From Protoeuglena noctilucae (Eukaryota): a DNA stretch of 64,000 bases. This document shows positions 1 through 12,537 of this stretch, piece after piece. Location of the stretch: the NCBI GenBank assembly GCA_958009085.1, contig OY253679.1:248001-312000 (forward strand). The letters are read 5' to 3'. Position numbers and translations under genes: made by a program. Numbering within the stretch: position 1 is the first letter of the stretch; the number at the start of each line of letters is the position of its first letter. A model generated the notes under the pieces. That model was not told the origin of the DNA. It searched no databases and saw only the letters and a program-made list of their open reading frames with translations.

Positions 1-3000
1 GTGGGGGCTTGGGTGGGGCCGGGGGTGCGTCCGGGCGGCGGGGGTGGTCGCGCGGGGCCGCGGGGCGTCTCGCGGGGTTAGACGAGGGTGATGAAAGCGA
101 GAGTGGCGAGAGCGACGGTGATGACGACGAGGGTGTCAGTTTGGACAGCGAGGATGAGGGGGGCAGTATCGGGAGCGAGGGGGAGGGGAGTGACGGAGAG
201 GGGGGGTGGGAGGAGGTGGGGGGTGCGCATGGGGAGGTGGGGGCAGGCGGGGTGGCGAGAGGTTGCGAGGAGCGCACTACGCCCGACCAGCCAGGCGTGA
301 CGGACCTCAAATGGTCCCTGGGGGAGCTGAAGGGGTACCTGAGCAAGCAGGGGTACGACTGGGAGCCCGTGTGGGAGGGCATACTGGATGTGGTGGTGCG
401 TACGGTGCAGGCTGCCGAGCCTCGCATGAACGCACTCAACCACGTGCACCTGCCGAGCCGGCTCAGTTGCTTCGAGTTGTTTGGGTTCGATATCATGCTC
501 GATTCTCGGCTCAAGCCGTGGCTCATCGAGGTCAACACCGGGCCCAGCCTGGCCGCCACCGCGCCCCTGGACCGCGCCATCAAGTTCCCGCTCCTGAGGT
601 GAGAGTCATATGCGATATGCATCCTGTTATCACAAATGCTGATACTCATATCAAGTTCCCGCTCCTGATGTGAGGGGAAGGGGTGATGGGCAATCTATTA
701 TCTACTACATTGCAATGGGCCATATTTCCAAATAATATCGAGCTCCCACTCCTCAAAATGTGCTGTGTTCGTGATCAACAAAACGTGTTCCGTTCCCATG
801 CAGGGACCTCCTCCACCTGGTGGGCGTGCCGGCGACCAACAAAGCACGATACGTGGCGGCACAGAAGGCCGAGCAAGAAGCACGTCTCACGGGCATCACC
901 CGAGCGGTCAGCGCGCGTGGTGCGGTCGGCCGGGGGGGTGACGCACCGGGCTCTAGCGCCGCGGGGCAGGGGTCGCGCCGCGAGCGGCCAGTGCTGGTGC
1001 AGGCGGCGTCGTCGCGCATCAACCGCCGCACGGTGGGGGAGGCCAGCGCCACGGACTTCCGGGGCGTGTTGCCGGAGGACCTGCCACTGTCCATCAGGTG
1101 AGGGATTAGTGATGTTAGTCACCGTCTGATGCTAGTCATGCTTGTGACTTCCGGGGGGTGCTACCGGAGGACCTGCCTTTGTCTATTAGGTGAGGGATGC
1201 GTAAGATTTGTGATGCTATGCTCATGAAGAGCAACCTGCTTCGTAGGACACTGACATGCCACTCCCGCAATCATTGCCAACCTCCGTCCCGCCCTATCGA
1301 CACCAGTGCTCAGCACACTCATACCACCCTTCACCCCACCCCCTCGCAGGGAGACGGAGGCCGAGCACGCCCGCCGCGGCGACTTCGTCCGCGCATTCCC
1401 CAGGGAGGACGACCCCGACCGCAACCATGACCTCTTCGACACGCCGCGGTACGAGAACGAGCTGGTCCGCGCGTGGCTGCACCACAAGCGGGGCCTGCTA
1501 ATGCGGTATGGCACGGTCGACCCACGGGAGCTGCCCAGGGGGCACCCGGACCGGGTGGCCACGAGGAGGGCGATAGGTGAGGTGCTGTGTACGAGTGGAG
1601 ATGAGAGAGGGGTGGCGATGTGCAGGGCGCTTGGTGAGGGTTGCGTGCACTGGGTTGAGATGTGCTAAGAGTGAGTTTACATGTGAGGGGCGCAGGGCGA
1701 CCAACTCATCACTGACTCATGTCACTACACCTAAGTGTTCTCATTTAATATACAACGTGCATGCTCTCCTCATGCCTGCAGGCTGCCCCCCCAGCCCAGG
1801 CGCCCCCGCCTCCCCGTCCCGAGCATCCAGCACCACACACGGCCCATCATCGACCGCCACGACCCTCGCGGCGCCCATGCCAGCGCCCGCCAGCGCCGAC
1901 GGCACCGCCCGGAGTCGCCAGGCATCAATCACAACGCCGAGCGTCGCACGTGACAGCGCAGACCACATCGGCATAACACCGCCGTCAGAACCCCAACCAC
2001 CCGCCACCGTTCCCACGTCCCACGCTACGCACTGGGACAACTCCAAATCGGCTCTCACAGAGTCGGGCCAGCAGCCAGTAGCTGCGATGGCGCACGCAGA
2101 GCGCAGTGTGGCAGCGAGCGCCCCCGACGCAGCATCTCCAACCAAAGCTTCACAAAGCGGGTCTCGACCCCGCGACCCACCCACCGCTGCCGCGTCGGCT
2201 GCCGCTCCCGGCGTGGCCCGGTCTTCCAGTCTCATCAGCAGCGCTGGGATGCGGGCATTGCGCGCGGGGCCACCGTCATCCCTGCCCATGAGCGGAGTGA
2301 TCGGGCCGCTTGACGCGGGTGTGGGGCCGTGGCAAGTCGACGAGCGTTTCGATGAGCAGGAGGGCGAGGGGGTGGGGGCGGAGGGGCGCGGGGCGGCCAC
2401 GCTGCGGCGTACGGGGTCGCGCCGTCGCGCGATGCCCGGCCGTGCTGGGTTCGATCCCGAGGGGCAATTACCCAGTGACCCGGTGGGGTTGGTTGGAAGC
2501 CAGTCGGGAGGGGCGGGGAGGGCGGGGCGTGGGGTGGTGACGGTGACGGCAAGACAGGCGCCGACGGAGGGGCCCGTGGGCGAAGGGGCGCGACACGGGT
2601 GAGGCAGGGCAGGATGCCTTTTTCTGCAAGGAATGGAATTGCTCACTGTCACTGTGGCTGTGCGTGTGACACGTAGCATCTCTCGTCTCTGTTGCAATGC
2701 TCGCTGTGATTGTCACTATCATTGCTGCTATTAATCCCTTACCTCTCTCTCTCCCTCACCTGCCCGCAGGTTCCTCTCCACGACCGCACCCAGCGCCGCT
2801 GCATCTCGCCGCCCTGTCCTAGCCCACACGTCGTTACGGTCCGGGGCAGTCATGACGCCCGTTGTCACGCTGGATCTATCCGTGTCTGGGCGCGAGGCTG
2901 CGGCACCCGATGCGACCATTAGAAACCAGGGAGGTGCCGTCACCGCATCCCGAGCCCCATCACGTGTGGGCACGACCCGGCCCAGCATCGCCGAAGCGAC

Positions 3001-3496
3001 CGACGCGGGTGCAGCGGCCAGGGCCGCCTCGCAGCCGTGGAGAGCAACAAACGAGGCGCTGGGCGGCGCCCGGGCGAGGGGGCCGGAGCCAGAGGCGACG
3101 CGACCTGGGGCAATGGTATCGCCGTCAGTGTTGTCAGAAACACCGTCGGTGCCATTCATGGCACCACCGACCACGATGCCAAACCTAGAGCCCTCCCCGC
3201 CGCGCCCCTCGCGCGCTCTGTCGCGGCCCGCGGACCCCGCTGCGCAGGCGGACGGCGCGTGGGGCCTTTCGCTGGGGGCAGATACTGGCGGGAGACTGAC
3301 GGAGGGCGTGTCTGTGCGGGGAAGGGCACACGGTGAAGCGGGTGCGGGTCGCGCGGCGGGCAGCTGGCGCGAAGGGGCGGCGCCGCTGGGTGTGTTGGGG
3401 GTCGGCGGTGGTGGGCAGGGGGGGGGCACGAGCGGGGGTGGGCGTGACGGGGCATGCACAGTTTGGGGCGGCCGAGCGCGTCTCGGGCGTGGCTGA
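1..3496 (+). CDS. Tubulin-tyrosine-ligase-like (TTLL family, polyglutamylase-type) protein, 5' end outside the window
   Basis: TTL C-terminal motifs KWSL, CFELFGFDIMLDSRLKPWLIEVNTGPSL and PLDRAIKFPLLR/DLLHLVGV. Exons approx 1-598, 804-1097, 1350-1576, 1782-2598, 2770-3496 join in frame via GT-AG introns. Long low-complexity C-terminus; the stop at 3496 is less certain. Confidence 0.85.
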
Positions 3497-4002
3497 GGGC
3501 CTCGGCTTTTCACCCTCAAAGGCCGCTGCGGTGGATGGGAACGCGTCGACGGGACGCGTGGTGTGGTCCCGGGCGGGTGCAGAGTCGATGAAGGGTGTGG
3601 TGGTGGGGGCGGGGGAGGTGGCGAGGGCGGGGCAGAGCCGGCGAGCGTTGGAGGCCCGGGCGCGCTCGCAATCGATCGTTTATGCATCTGCGATTGACAG
3701 TGACGGAGCGGGGATGCCGGGGGGTCTCAGCGTGGCCGCACTGACCGCCCTTGCCAGCTTGCGTTTACGATAGCCCTGGGTTGTCGCACACCGCACTCCC
3801 GCTGCCCACCCGGTCGCTGACAGGATAGGGTCTAGGCACATGTTTGTTCCTATCTTCTTCGGTTCAGTTAGCTTAGCTCAGCCAGCCGCCTAGCTCCATC
3901 CGTTCAATGCGTGACAAAGCATGTCTCTGACACACTCCGCACACACATAACCATGTAACATCATACCGTGTGGCCCGCTCACAAGCCCCTGCGCACCCTC
4001 TC

Positions 4003-5750
4003 TCACGCCGGCTCCGTCTTTGCCGCCATGATGGCGTCCCAATCCATATCTTTATCGCCCTCCTCTCCCGTTTGCGCACCCCCGCCCCCCGCTTGTGTAC
4101 CCGTCACACCCCCACCTGTTGCTTGCGTCCCCGCTGCCCCCGCCCCGTTCCCGAGCCCTGATGCCTCCCCAGAGTGCAAGAAACTGTGCGTGCGGATGGG
4201 CGGGCTCGGACCAGACACCTCCCCGACAACGGCAGCTCCCCCCAATCCACTCCCACTCCCTCCCGCCCCCCACGCCGCCCCTCGCACGCCCTCCCCGCCC
4301 CTCTCCATTATCCACCTTCGATTAAAGCCACCCTCATCTTCCGACGCAGTGCTTATGCGCGAAGGCGCCGCGCCACCGCTGCTGCGCTCCATAGGCGCTA
4401 GGCGAGAGTCCGGTGAGCGCGAACGCGAGAGACCTCTTGCCGAGGGCCGTTGCGACCCTGGGGAGGGCCTTCGCAACAGCGGCGAGCGGACGGGGACCCC
4501 GGGAGCGTCAGTCAGCGACGACCCTTCCTCTTCTGGGATGTCAGTGGCGTCACCGTCGCTCTCGGAACTTTGTTGCTTTGCTACCCGCCGCCTCGCACCG
4601 CCCCTGCCGCCAGCGCCATCACCGCCGCCGCCCTTGCCCCGGGTGGCTTTGGTGGTCCCCCTGGCACGCTTGGTGCGGCGTGGAGCTGGGCTGCCCTCCG
4701 CCGCACCTCCGCCCGGGGCCGTCTGCGTGAGGGCAGGCACTCAGCAATGATGAACATGACGCGACCTCACCCGCAGTCACACCTGTAGCCCTGCTCAGCA
4801 TCAATGCACCCACTGCCCCTCACCCACATCATCATCTCAGCACCCACCGCCCCCTTACCCGCAGCCTCTCCAGCAGTTCTGTGTTCTTCCTCCGCTTCTC
4901 CTCCAGCAGCGCCGCCACTGCCGGCAACAGATCGCTCTCCACCGCGTGCTGAGCCGCCACCGATGCCGCCAGCGCCCCGCTCAGCTCCAAGGCACGCGCC
5001 TCCGCCTGCGGGGGTGACAGCAACATAACAGTTACAACTGAGGCATTTGGCCAAGTGCATTGTTAATTGTCGACATACATTCTCATTCCATTCACGTGGA
5101 GATATGCAGAGATCAGTGTGCCCAGGCACACACTCCTGCTCGGCCCCTGAGCTCTCCCTAAACTCGCCCTGTAATGTGATGTGACCCCTCCCATCCCTCC
5201 TGAGCTGCACTCCGTTGTCCAGCGCGGCTAGCGGCTCACGAGACAGGTGCCCCGCATGTCACCTGCCGGAATAGGCGGTGGGTGTCGTCCAGAAGGTCGC
5301 AGAGGGCCGTTAGTGCTGCGAACGTGAATTGGGACACGAGCAGGTCGGCCCGGGAAACCTCCGCGCCATCCTTGGTCCGGACGGCAATGTGCGGGTCAGA
5401 ACCCGAAGTCGATACTCGCAGCGTTGCGGCGGGGGCCGGTGCTGCCGGGCCAGCGCCAGCGGGTGGGAATCCCAGAACCAAAAGTAGTGCGGGGTCCAGA
5501 GGACCGGGAGCGACGCGCCACCAGTCGCCGCAGGACGTGACGAGGTGCACGTCGATCGAAGATGAACTATTGGACTGCAAATCAAGCAAACGATGCTCCG
5601 TGTCGCAGAGCCGAGCTTCTATTCCGCTGCGGCGTCACATCGCAGCCACCTCACCGTTGTGGCGATGGCAACGGCGGGTCCACCTTCCTCAATAGTCAGT
5701 TTTTTGACCGCTGCGTTGGTGCCGTGGCTCAGGGTCCCCGCAGATGTCAT
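4003..5750 (-). CDS. XRCC4: XRCC4-like non-homologous end-joining protein (head domain, coiled coil, disordered tail)
   Basis: Spliced model from ATG 5750. DVHLVTSCGDWWR resembles the XRCC4 head (ITLTDGHSAW), and [27 protein letters not shown] resembles the ligase-IV-binding coil ([23 protein letters not shown]). Motifs recognised by eye only. Confidence 0.55.
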
Positions 5751-6046
5751 GGAGAGCCGTGGCAATGACCGCCACGCTCGCAGCTGTACACGCGCAACAC
5801 TCGAGACCGATGCGTGTTGAGCACGTGCTCCCGGGGATATGGACTGCTTGCGCAAGCGATTGCGCGCGACGTCATGGCATCGTCGAGGAAGAACGGCCCC
5901 GCTGGCATTGGACGCCAGTATCTGGGGAGAACGGGCTGGCCGAGAACTCTCACCCCGTCCGGACGTCGCCTGAAGAAACAGGCCAATCACCCGTGATCCC
6001 CTCTGTAGGAACTTTGTCCGAAGGAGGTCTGTGTCGCGTTTGCGTC

Positions 6047-8287
6047 ATGGTTGCGCCCACGCGGAGCCGCAAGAGCTCCGCTGCGGCAGGCGATGCCCAA
6101 GAGCTCAGCACCGATGGCAAGACCGCTGCGAAGACGGGTCGCGGGGGGGCGAGCGTCGCGGCAGTAGGTGCGGTGCGCCACATATGGCCTTCCATAATGT
6201 GGAACAGCTGATGGCGCCGCGCCAGGCAAGGGATGGCTTCCCATCACCCTCGCAGAATCACGGTGGCTTGCCGCGGACCCCTCCAAGCGCTTTGGCGAGC
6301 TCGTCTGGCTCGCCTACTCGCCGTGCTGGCAGGTATGTATACGGCATGCCCACCTCCGTTCCCTGGCGCCGCACCCGCCGCAGCAGTGACGTTGGGCCGC
6401 GCAATGTGCGCTTCATGAGCGTGTTCGTCGCATCACGCCCGCAGATATGGCTTCTGGCCGTCATCGTGCCCTTCAAGCTCTATGAAAAGATGGACTCCCT
6501 TTCGTACATGATCGTCGGCCTGGCGGTTTGCCTAGTGAGCCCGCGACTCTCGAGATGTTCGCGGAACTCTATCTACTTTCCTTAGGACTGACCGCGGGCT
6601 CAGCAGACCTTCGCCGCGCGCCTTGTTACCATGTTGCTCCTGACTCGCCCTTTCGGCTCTCCCCGCAGCCCTGCATCTTCATCCCCTGGGCCTTCCAGCC
6701 CAAGTCTGATTTGGAGAAGCCGTGGTTCATGCGCTGGTGGGTCAAGGCCAACGTCTGGATTTTCGTGTACAGCTTCATTGGCAACTACTTCTGGACCCAC
6801 TACTTCTACCAGGCAAGCGACCTGTGGAGCAGCAGTGGGAAGTGGGTGGTGTGACATCAACGCGCTTCCTCTGTCAACTCCTAATCTGCCCCACTTGTTA
6901 CCTTGTTGTGGTTGTCACCCCCAACCTCATTCGTTCCCACAGCTCCTTGGCGCCGACTACACCTTCCCCAGTCATTACCAGCGCCTGAACAACGTGCCCT
7001 TCTGCCTCTACCTCATGACCCACGGCTACTTCGCCTTCTATCATGTCGCCACCAACCTCCTCATGCGCAAGGTCGACACGACCATGGCCGCCCGCCGCGC
7101 CCCCGTTTTCTGGCGCCGCGTGGCCGTCGGCGTCGTGGTCTTCGTCATGGGTGAGCGGCTGTGCGGGCGATGGCACTTGTGCGGCAGTGCCATCCTCGTT
7201 TGGCCGTCTGGGGTGGCTGCTCGCTTACAAGGCTGCTCAATCGGGTTGTTTGATTGGTTGCATTGGCCCACACATATCGGCAACTCGAAAAAAGTGGCCT
7301 GCATGGCCCCTCTGATGCCCACTGTGCCCCCTTGCTTGCAGCGTACCTCCTGGCTTTCCTGGAGACCCTCACCATCAGCAGCTTCCCGTACTACACGCAC
7401 CAAGACAAGGCAATTTATGGGGCTGCAGCGATCCAGCGGTCGACATGATCGTTTACGCACCCATCTGCACGTTCCAACCTGCTTGTCAGCCCGCGTGACG
7501 CTAGCAGCTGCGTAAGCGTGCTGGTCACACGCCCACGCCACCCGCGCACCTCCATCCACGCCTCCCTGCGCTTCCAGGACCGCATGTACACGGTGGGCAG
7601 CCTCTTTTACGCCATCTACTTCTTCGTCAGCTTCCCGATGTTCTACCGCATCGACGAGGACACCAAGTGAGTCCACCCTCACTCTGAGCCCAGCGTGGGG
7701 CACGCCGCGCTGATGGGCCGCCCGCTGCGGCCCCGGCTTCCGTTCGTGCGAACTTACTTCTTGCTAAAAACGCTTGTATGTCGACGATTTCCGAGCCGGT
7801 GCCAGTTTGGCTGGAATCGCAGTGACTGCCTGCTGCGCTCCCTGACGTGCAGGGGCCGGAAGTGGACAGCTATGGACTGCCTCCTGGACGCCATGGCCGC
7901 TGGCATGATCTGCACCATCTTCCTCGACCTCTGGCGGCTGCTGGTGACTGCAAAGCCCCGCATGTGGCTCACTTTTATTGTGCCCCGTATTGGGTTACTT
8001 GCTACGCTCCCTGCGCCAGGATGCCCCCGCTTATGATTCACATCGGCACTCGCAATCAATCATTCACGGCCCCGTGCTTGCAGATCGGGGCCATCGTGGA
8101 CGACGGTGGGCGAGCGGCGGGCGCGGGCCTGGTTTGGGCGGCGGGTTCGCAGGGCAGCCTCGCACCCGGCAAGCCGGGGCTGGCTGCTAGCCCGGCTGTG
8201 GCTGGCAAGGCAGGGGTGGCTGGCAGTCCGCCTGTGGCTGGCAGGGCTGGGGTGGCTGGCAAGGCGGGAGTGGCTGGCAAGGCGTAG
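6047..8287 (+). CDS. CPI1: Cycloeucalenol cycloisomerase (cyclopropyl sterol isomerase)
   Basis: Eight exons give WLAADPSKRFGE, WWVKANVWIFVYSFIGNYFWTHYFYQLLGADYTFPS, FPYY..DRMYTVGSLFYAIYFFVSFPMFYRIDE and IFLDLWRL, matching plant CPI1. GC donors at 6813 and 7410. Confidence 0.92.
8181..8284 (+). repeat. 18-nt coding minisatellite in the CPI1 C-terminus (AGKAGV/AGSPPV units)
   Basis: About six copies of a GGCTGGCAAGGCAGGGGT-like unit just before the stop codon. Confidence 0.8.
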
Positions 8288-8673
8288 CGAGCCACGCGTC
8301 AATGTGGCGGGGGGCGTTCTGTGCAAAACGCCGCGTGGTGATTGTAGGTTCGCGTGCTTCATGATTACGTGTTCCAGTGGCATCAGCATAAGCACCGTTG
8401 ACACTGGCAGGGCGTGCTTTGGTTGAACAATCGAACACATCTGCAGCAGGGCTCTTGGCATTTCAGGGGCCCATGCAGTGGCATAGCATCGACAACGGCT
8501 GAGATCCATCAGATTTGCTATTTCCAGGACCCAGCAAGTAAGGAAGTAATCACGTTGCGTACTGTGCCTTGCCAACCCAATGGCAAAGCCGCATGCGCAG
8601 GTCAAAGGGGGCTGTGAAAGGCTGTGAACGCGCACCAAGTTATCAAATCATTATCATCTCGTCTCGCTTGACG

Positions 8674-11600
8674 TCATGCCGCGCCCTGCAGCCTCACTCG
8701 TATGGGGCACATGCGCGTGAGCATGTCCGCGTTGGGCACGCGGGAGCTGGTGAGGAGGATGAATCGGAACTCAGAGAGACGGTCGTCTGCGGGAAAGGTG
8801 ACCATAGCACGAATTGCAGCCTCAGCTTCATGCATGAGTAAGCAAGGCGATGGCACAAATCGCAGTCTCAGCATGCATGCACACACAGAGACACACACCC
8901 ACACACCCAGCATGCATGCACACCTGTGAAGTTGAAAGGCGCGTACTCCTCTCCGTCCTCGGGCCTCACGAGTTTGACATACGCCGCGTCTTTGAGCAGT
9001 TGCTTGGACAGAAGGGACTCCCAGAGACCCTCGTGGATGGCGCCGAAGAAGCGGGGCATGCTGCGTAGATGGTGGGGTGATTATAGCTCTTAAGTAAGAG
9101 CATCTGGTGAGGGTGGAGTGACAAGTGGGCACCAGAATTACTGAGAGAGGTTTACAGCCCAACGATGGGCTGCAAACGTGCCCCGACCAGCATCCCAGTA
9201 CCCCTCCTTCCCTCACCTGTCCCACATGTCGGCGTCCATCATGTCGACCACGAAGGGCTTGCCGTACCGCAGCGCCCCCAGCAGCGACCGCCTCAGCCGA
9301 TTGGGGTCCATGTCCGCGGGGGAGAGCGCCACGGCGAAATTCGAATCGGCGTATTTCAAAAACACCCCCGCGCGACCGCTCGCGTCCACCACGGCTGGCC
9401 ACCGGCCGTCGGCCTCGAGTCGCCTTCCAACGTCCTTGATCAGCACATCTCCCAAGTCGCGCAGATCCACGGACAGGCCCGGGGGGTCGTTGGGGTCGCT
9501 CGCGCCGCCGTTCGCAGTCGACCCGTGCTGCGCCTGTTGGCTGTCGCGCAGCGCGAGCCTGTAGGCCAGGACATGGGATGACGGTTCAATGGTGACGGTA
9601 TCGGTGACAAGGTGTGCATCTCTGCCACAGTGTTGTGCGCGGGCACGATGGGTCGTCACGCTGTCAATAAGTCCCTTTCACAATTGTGAGCGACAACCCA
9701 GTCACAGTCATGCCCACCGCCCTCCCCACTCACCTTGCTTCCTGCAGCACCTCTACAAATGCACCTCTACAAATGAAACACAACCTAAACCCCTCCCCCA
9801 CTCGCCTGGCTTCCTGCAGCGCCTCCGCCGCCTTCGCAGCCACCTCCCGCGCCCTCTCCACGGCCCCCTCGGCGTCGTGGATGGCCGCACGGCACGCCGC
9901 CAGCACACTCTGGGGACGCTGCTCCTCCACTGACGTGTCGTACTCGAAAATGCGCTTCTCCCGGTCACTGAGGGGGACAGGTGCGCGTGAAGGAGCAATG
10001 GGGGCCCATTGTGGAGATAACCTAGCCCATCTTGCTCATATCACATCACGTCACCCCAACCCCTCACCTGAGCGCCTTCTTCAGTGCCATCTGTGCCCCT
10101 TTACACTCCACCCCACAGCACCCCACTCTCCTCACCTCAGCGCCTTCTTCAGTGCCATCTGTGCCGCTTCGTGCCCCCTCTCCGCCTCCGCCACCGCCCC
10201 CTCTGCCGTGGCGACTCTCTGCGTCGCTGCCTCTGCGGCGAGGGCTGCCTTGGCCCTTGCACGCTCCGCCAACGAAGCGCGGATCGCATCCGTCTGCGAG
10301 AGGCCAAAGTAACAACGATGACAAGCGGATTGCACAAGTCTGCGAAAAGCATTGGTATGCATAATGCGGATGAGAATACACGGATAGCTATAGCAAGGAT
10401 AGCATTGGCATAGATGCTGTGAGAACTGCACCATGACTGCATCGCATATCACCCACCCATCCACATCAACCGCGCTCACCTTGCTCGTGTCCCACCCCCG
10501 AATAGCCGCCTGTATCTCGGCGCTCGTCGGGATGCCGTCCGGCAGCTCCCCAAACTCATTGGGCACGCGGGGGTCGGCCCCCGCCTCCAGCAGCGGCGCG
10601 ATGAGGTGGACATGGCCGGCGAAGGATGCGCGGAAGAGCGGGGTGCGCCGGAACTCGCCCTGGTTGTTGGGGTCCGCGCCGCGCGACAGCAGGAGCTTGA
10701 CGGTGGGCAGGTCGCCCCCCGCGCACGCCTCGCTCAGCAGCGTGTTGCCGTGGCCGTCTGCCGTGTCGACGGGGTCAGGGAAGTACGGCTGCGGGAGAGA
10801 GAGGATGGGTTGGGGTAGTGAGAAGATGGGATCGGGGAGGTAGGGCTGCGGGAGACTGGGGGTCATCGGTCAGGTAATGTTAAGTGTGGACTGGTCCTTG
10901 CAATCCATGGACGGGTGTCCCGAGTGGGAGGGTGTGGGACGGCTGTGTGCGGGTGCGGTGGAAGGATGTTGGCTTACTCCCACCCTTCGACACTCATCCC
11001 CGCCCCCACTACTCCCCACTAGGTCCCCCCTTCGACTCTCACCTCCGACTCGGCCATGAGCTTCACCAGCGCCTCGCTGTCCCCCTCAAACGCCGCCTCC
11101 AGCAGCGCCTTAGTCAGACGTCGCGCCTCACGCTTGCGCTGCTCCTCCTCCTCCGTCGCCTGCGAAGGGATGATCGAAACGGACAGTGAAACAAACCGAC
11201 GCTGAGTCATGACAGTAGCTGTAGCTGAAACACGTCAGCGCCCATCGCCCTCTTGTCGACCCCACGAGCCCCGCAGCGATTGCTGTCCCCACCACCGCTG
11301 CACCAACCACCGCGTCCCGTCGCACGGACCTTGGCCCTCGCCGCAGCCTTGCGTCTCTCCTCGCGCACTTGCGCAGCTATCGCCGCCTGATGGAGTGCCT
11401 CCATCTCGCCCTCCATGCGCCGCCCTAGCTCCCGCTGCGCACGCGCGCGGGCAGCCGAGCGCCGCGCCAGCCAGCCGCGCACCGCAGACTGGACTGTTAC
11501 CGGGCGCTCCACGTCGGCCTCGGTCATCGTGCGCGGCTCCGCGGGGCCCTTGTCACTCTTCCCGGCCTTGCTCCCGGCCTTGCTCCCGGACACGGCCTTC

Positions 11601-11731
11601 TTGGCCCCGGCAGCGGACTTACCGGCTTTCGCGGGAGCCTTGGTCGTCGAGGAGGCCGGCTTTTTGGCAGGTGCGGCGCCCGGAGAGGCGACCGGGGCCT
11701 TCTTCGCCACGGGCTTGGTCGTGAGCGGCAT
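8674..11731 (-). CDS. IQANK1: IQ motif and ankyrin repeat protein (IQANK1-like)
   Basis: IQ motif VQSAVRGWLARR; ankyrin repeats DGHGNTLLSEACAGG..GADPN and RTPLFRASFAGH..GADP; C-terminal DVLIKDVGRRL..GRWPAVVD..FLKY..LRRSLLGALRYGKPFVVDM. About nine exons. Confidence 0.8.
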
Positions 11732-12537
11732 TATTGCCCTGCAATAGGTCTGCTGCGGACAGCGGAGTCGATACATATGCTTTATGTTAATCGCAACCCG
11801 CAGATGTGCACGATTAGCGGGGTAAGCACAGCTTGTCGCCGCAAATGGTCAACGAGTGCAAAGAGGATGTTTGCCCGTGAACGCGCAAACAGTGCCACAT
11901 CCGGGGGCACAAGCGCTGCATCGGGTTAATTACATGCAGATGTTTGAATGCAACGTGGGCATATGCCTCCAGCGCCGCTTGTGTGGACGCTGACCTGAGC
12001 AAATGCCGAGATGCGTGCCGCTCCTCACTGCTGGGCAGGACGCCTCTTCCAGGCCTCAAGCAAGCTCTCATACATAACGTGCGTGACCATGTCGCGGGAA
12101 ACCGAACAGGAGGATCTGCCGGAGAACAGGGGCACTGCAGGTAGGGCACATTGGCCTGTGCGTCGCGCAGAGCACGCCTTGAGGATCGATGCGTCATTTG
12201 GCGGCTCAAATACCGTGTACAAGTGCTGTGCATGAGCGGAAAACAACCGATGGTGCCCCGGTAGAGGCGCACAACAGGCGCAACAATTGCAGCGGGGCGT
12301 AGCCGCGTCCTCGCGGGACCTGACAGGGGGCTAATAGCCCCGCCTATGAGAGCGACAATGACTGAGCGCGCGTCCGTGGGCGCCGCGGCCACGGGCATCC
12401 TCGCCCAGCCGGCACAAGGTGGGTTCGCGCGCGTCCAAGTGGGTCGCAGAGCATCTTTCCAGCGATACCTCTGCGCAAACCGTGTGATGTATCGCAATTA
12501 GCGACTGTTTTGCCTGACACACTGCTCATTTCTGAGC

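Noticed and set aside
9784..9792. CCTAAACCC telomere-like motif
   Set aside because: Barely more than one unit; expected by chance.
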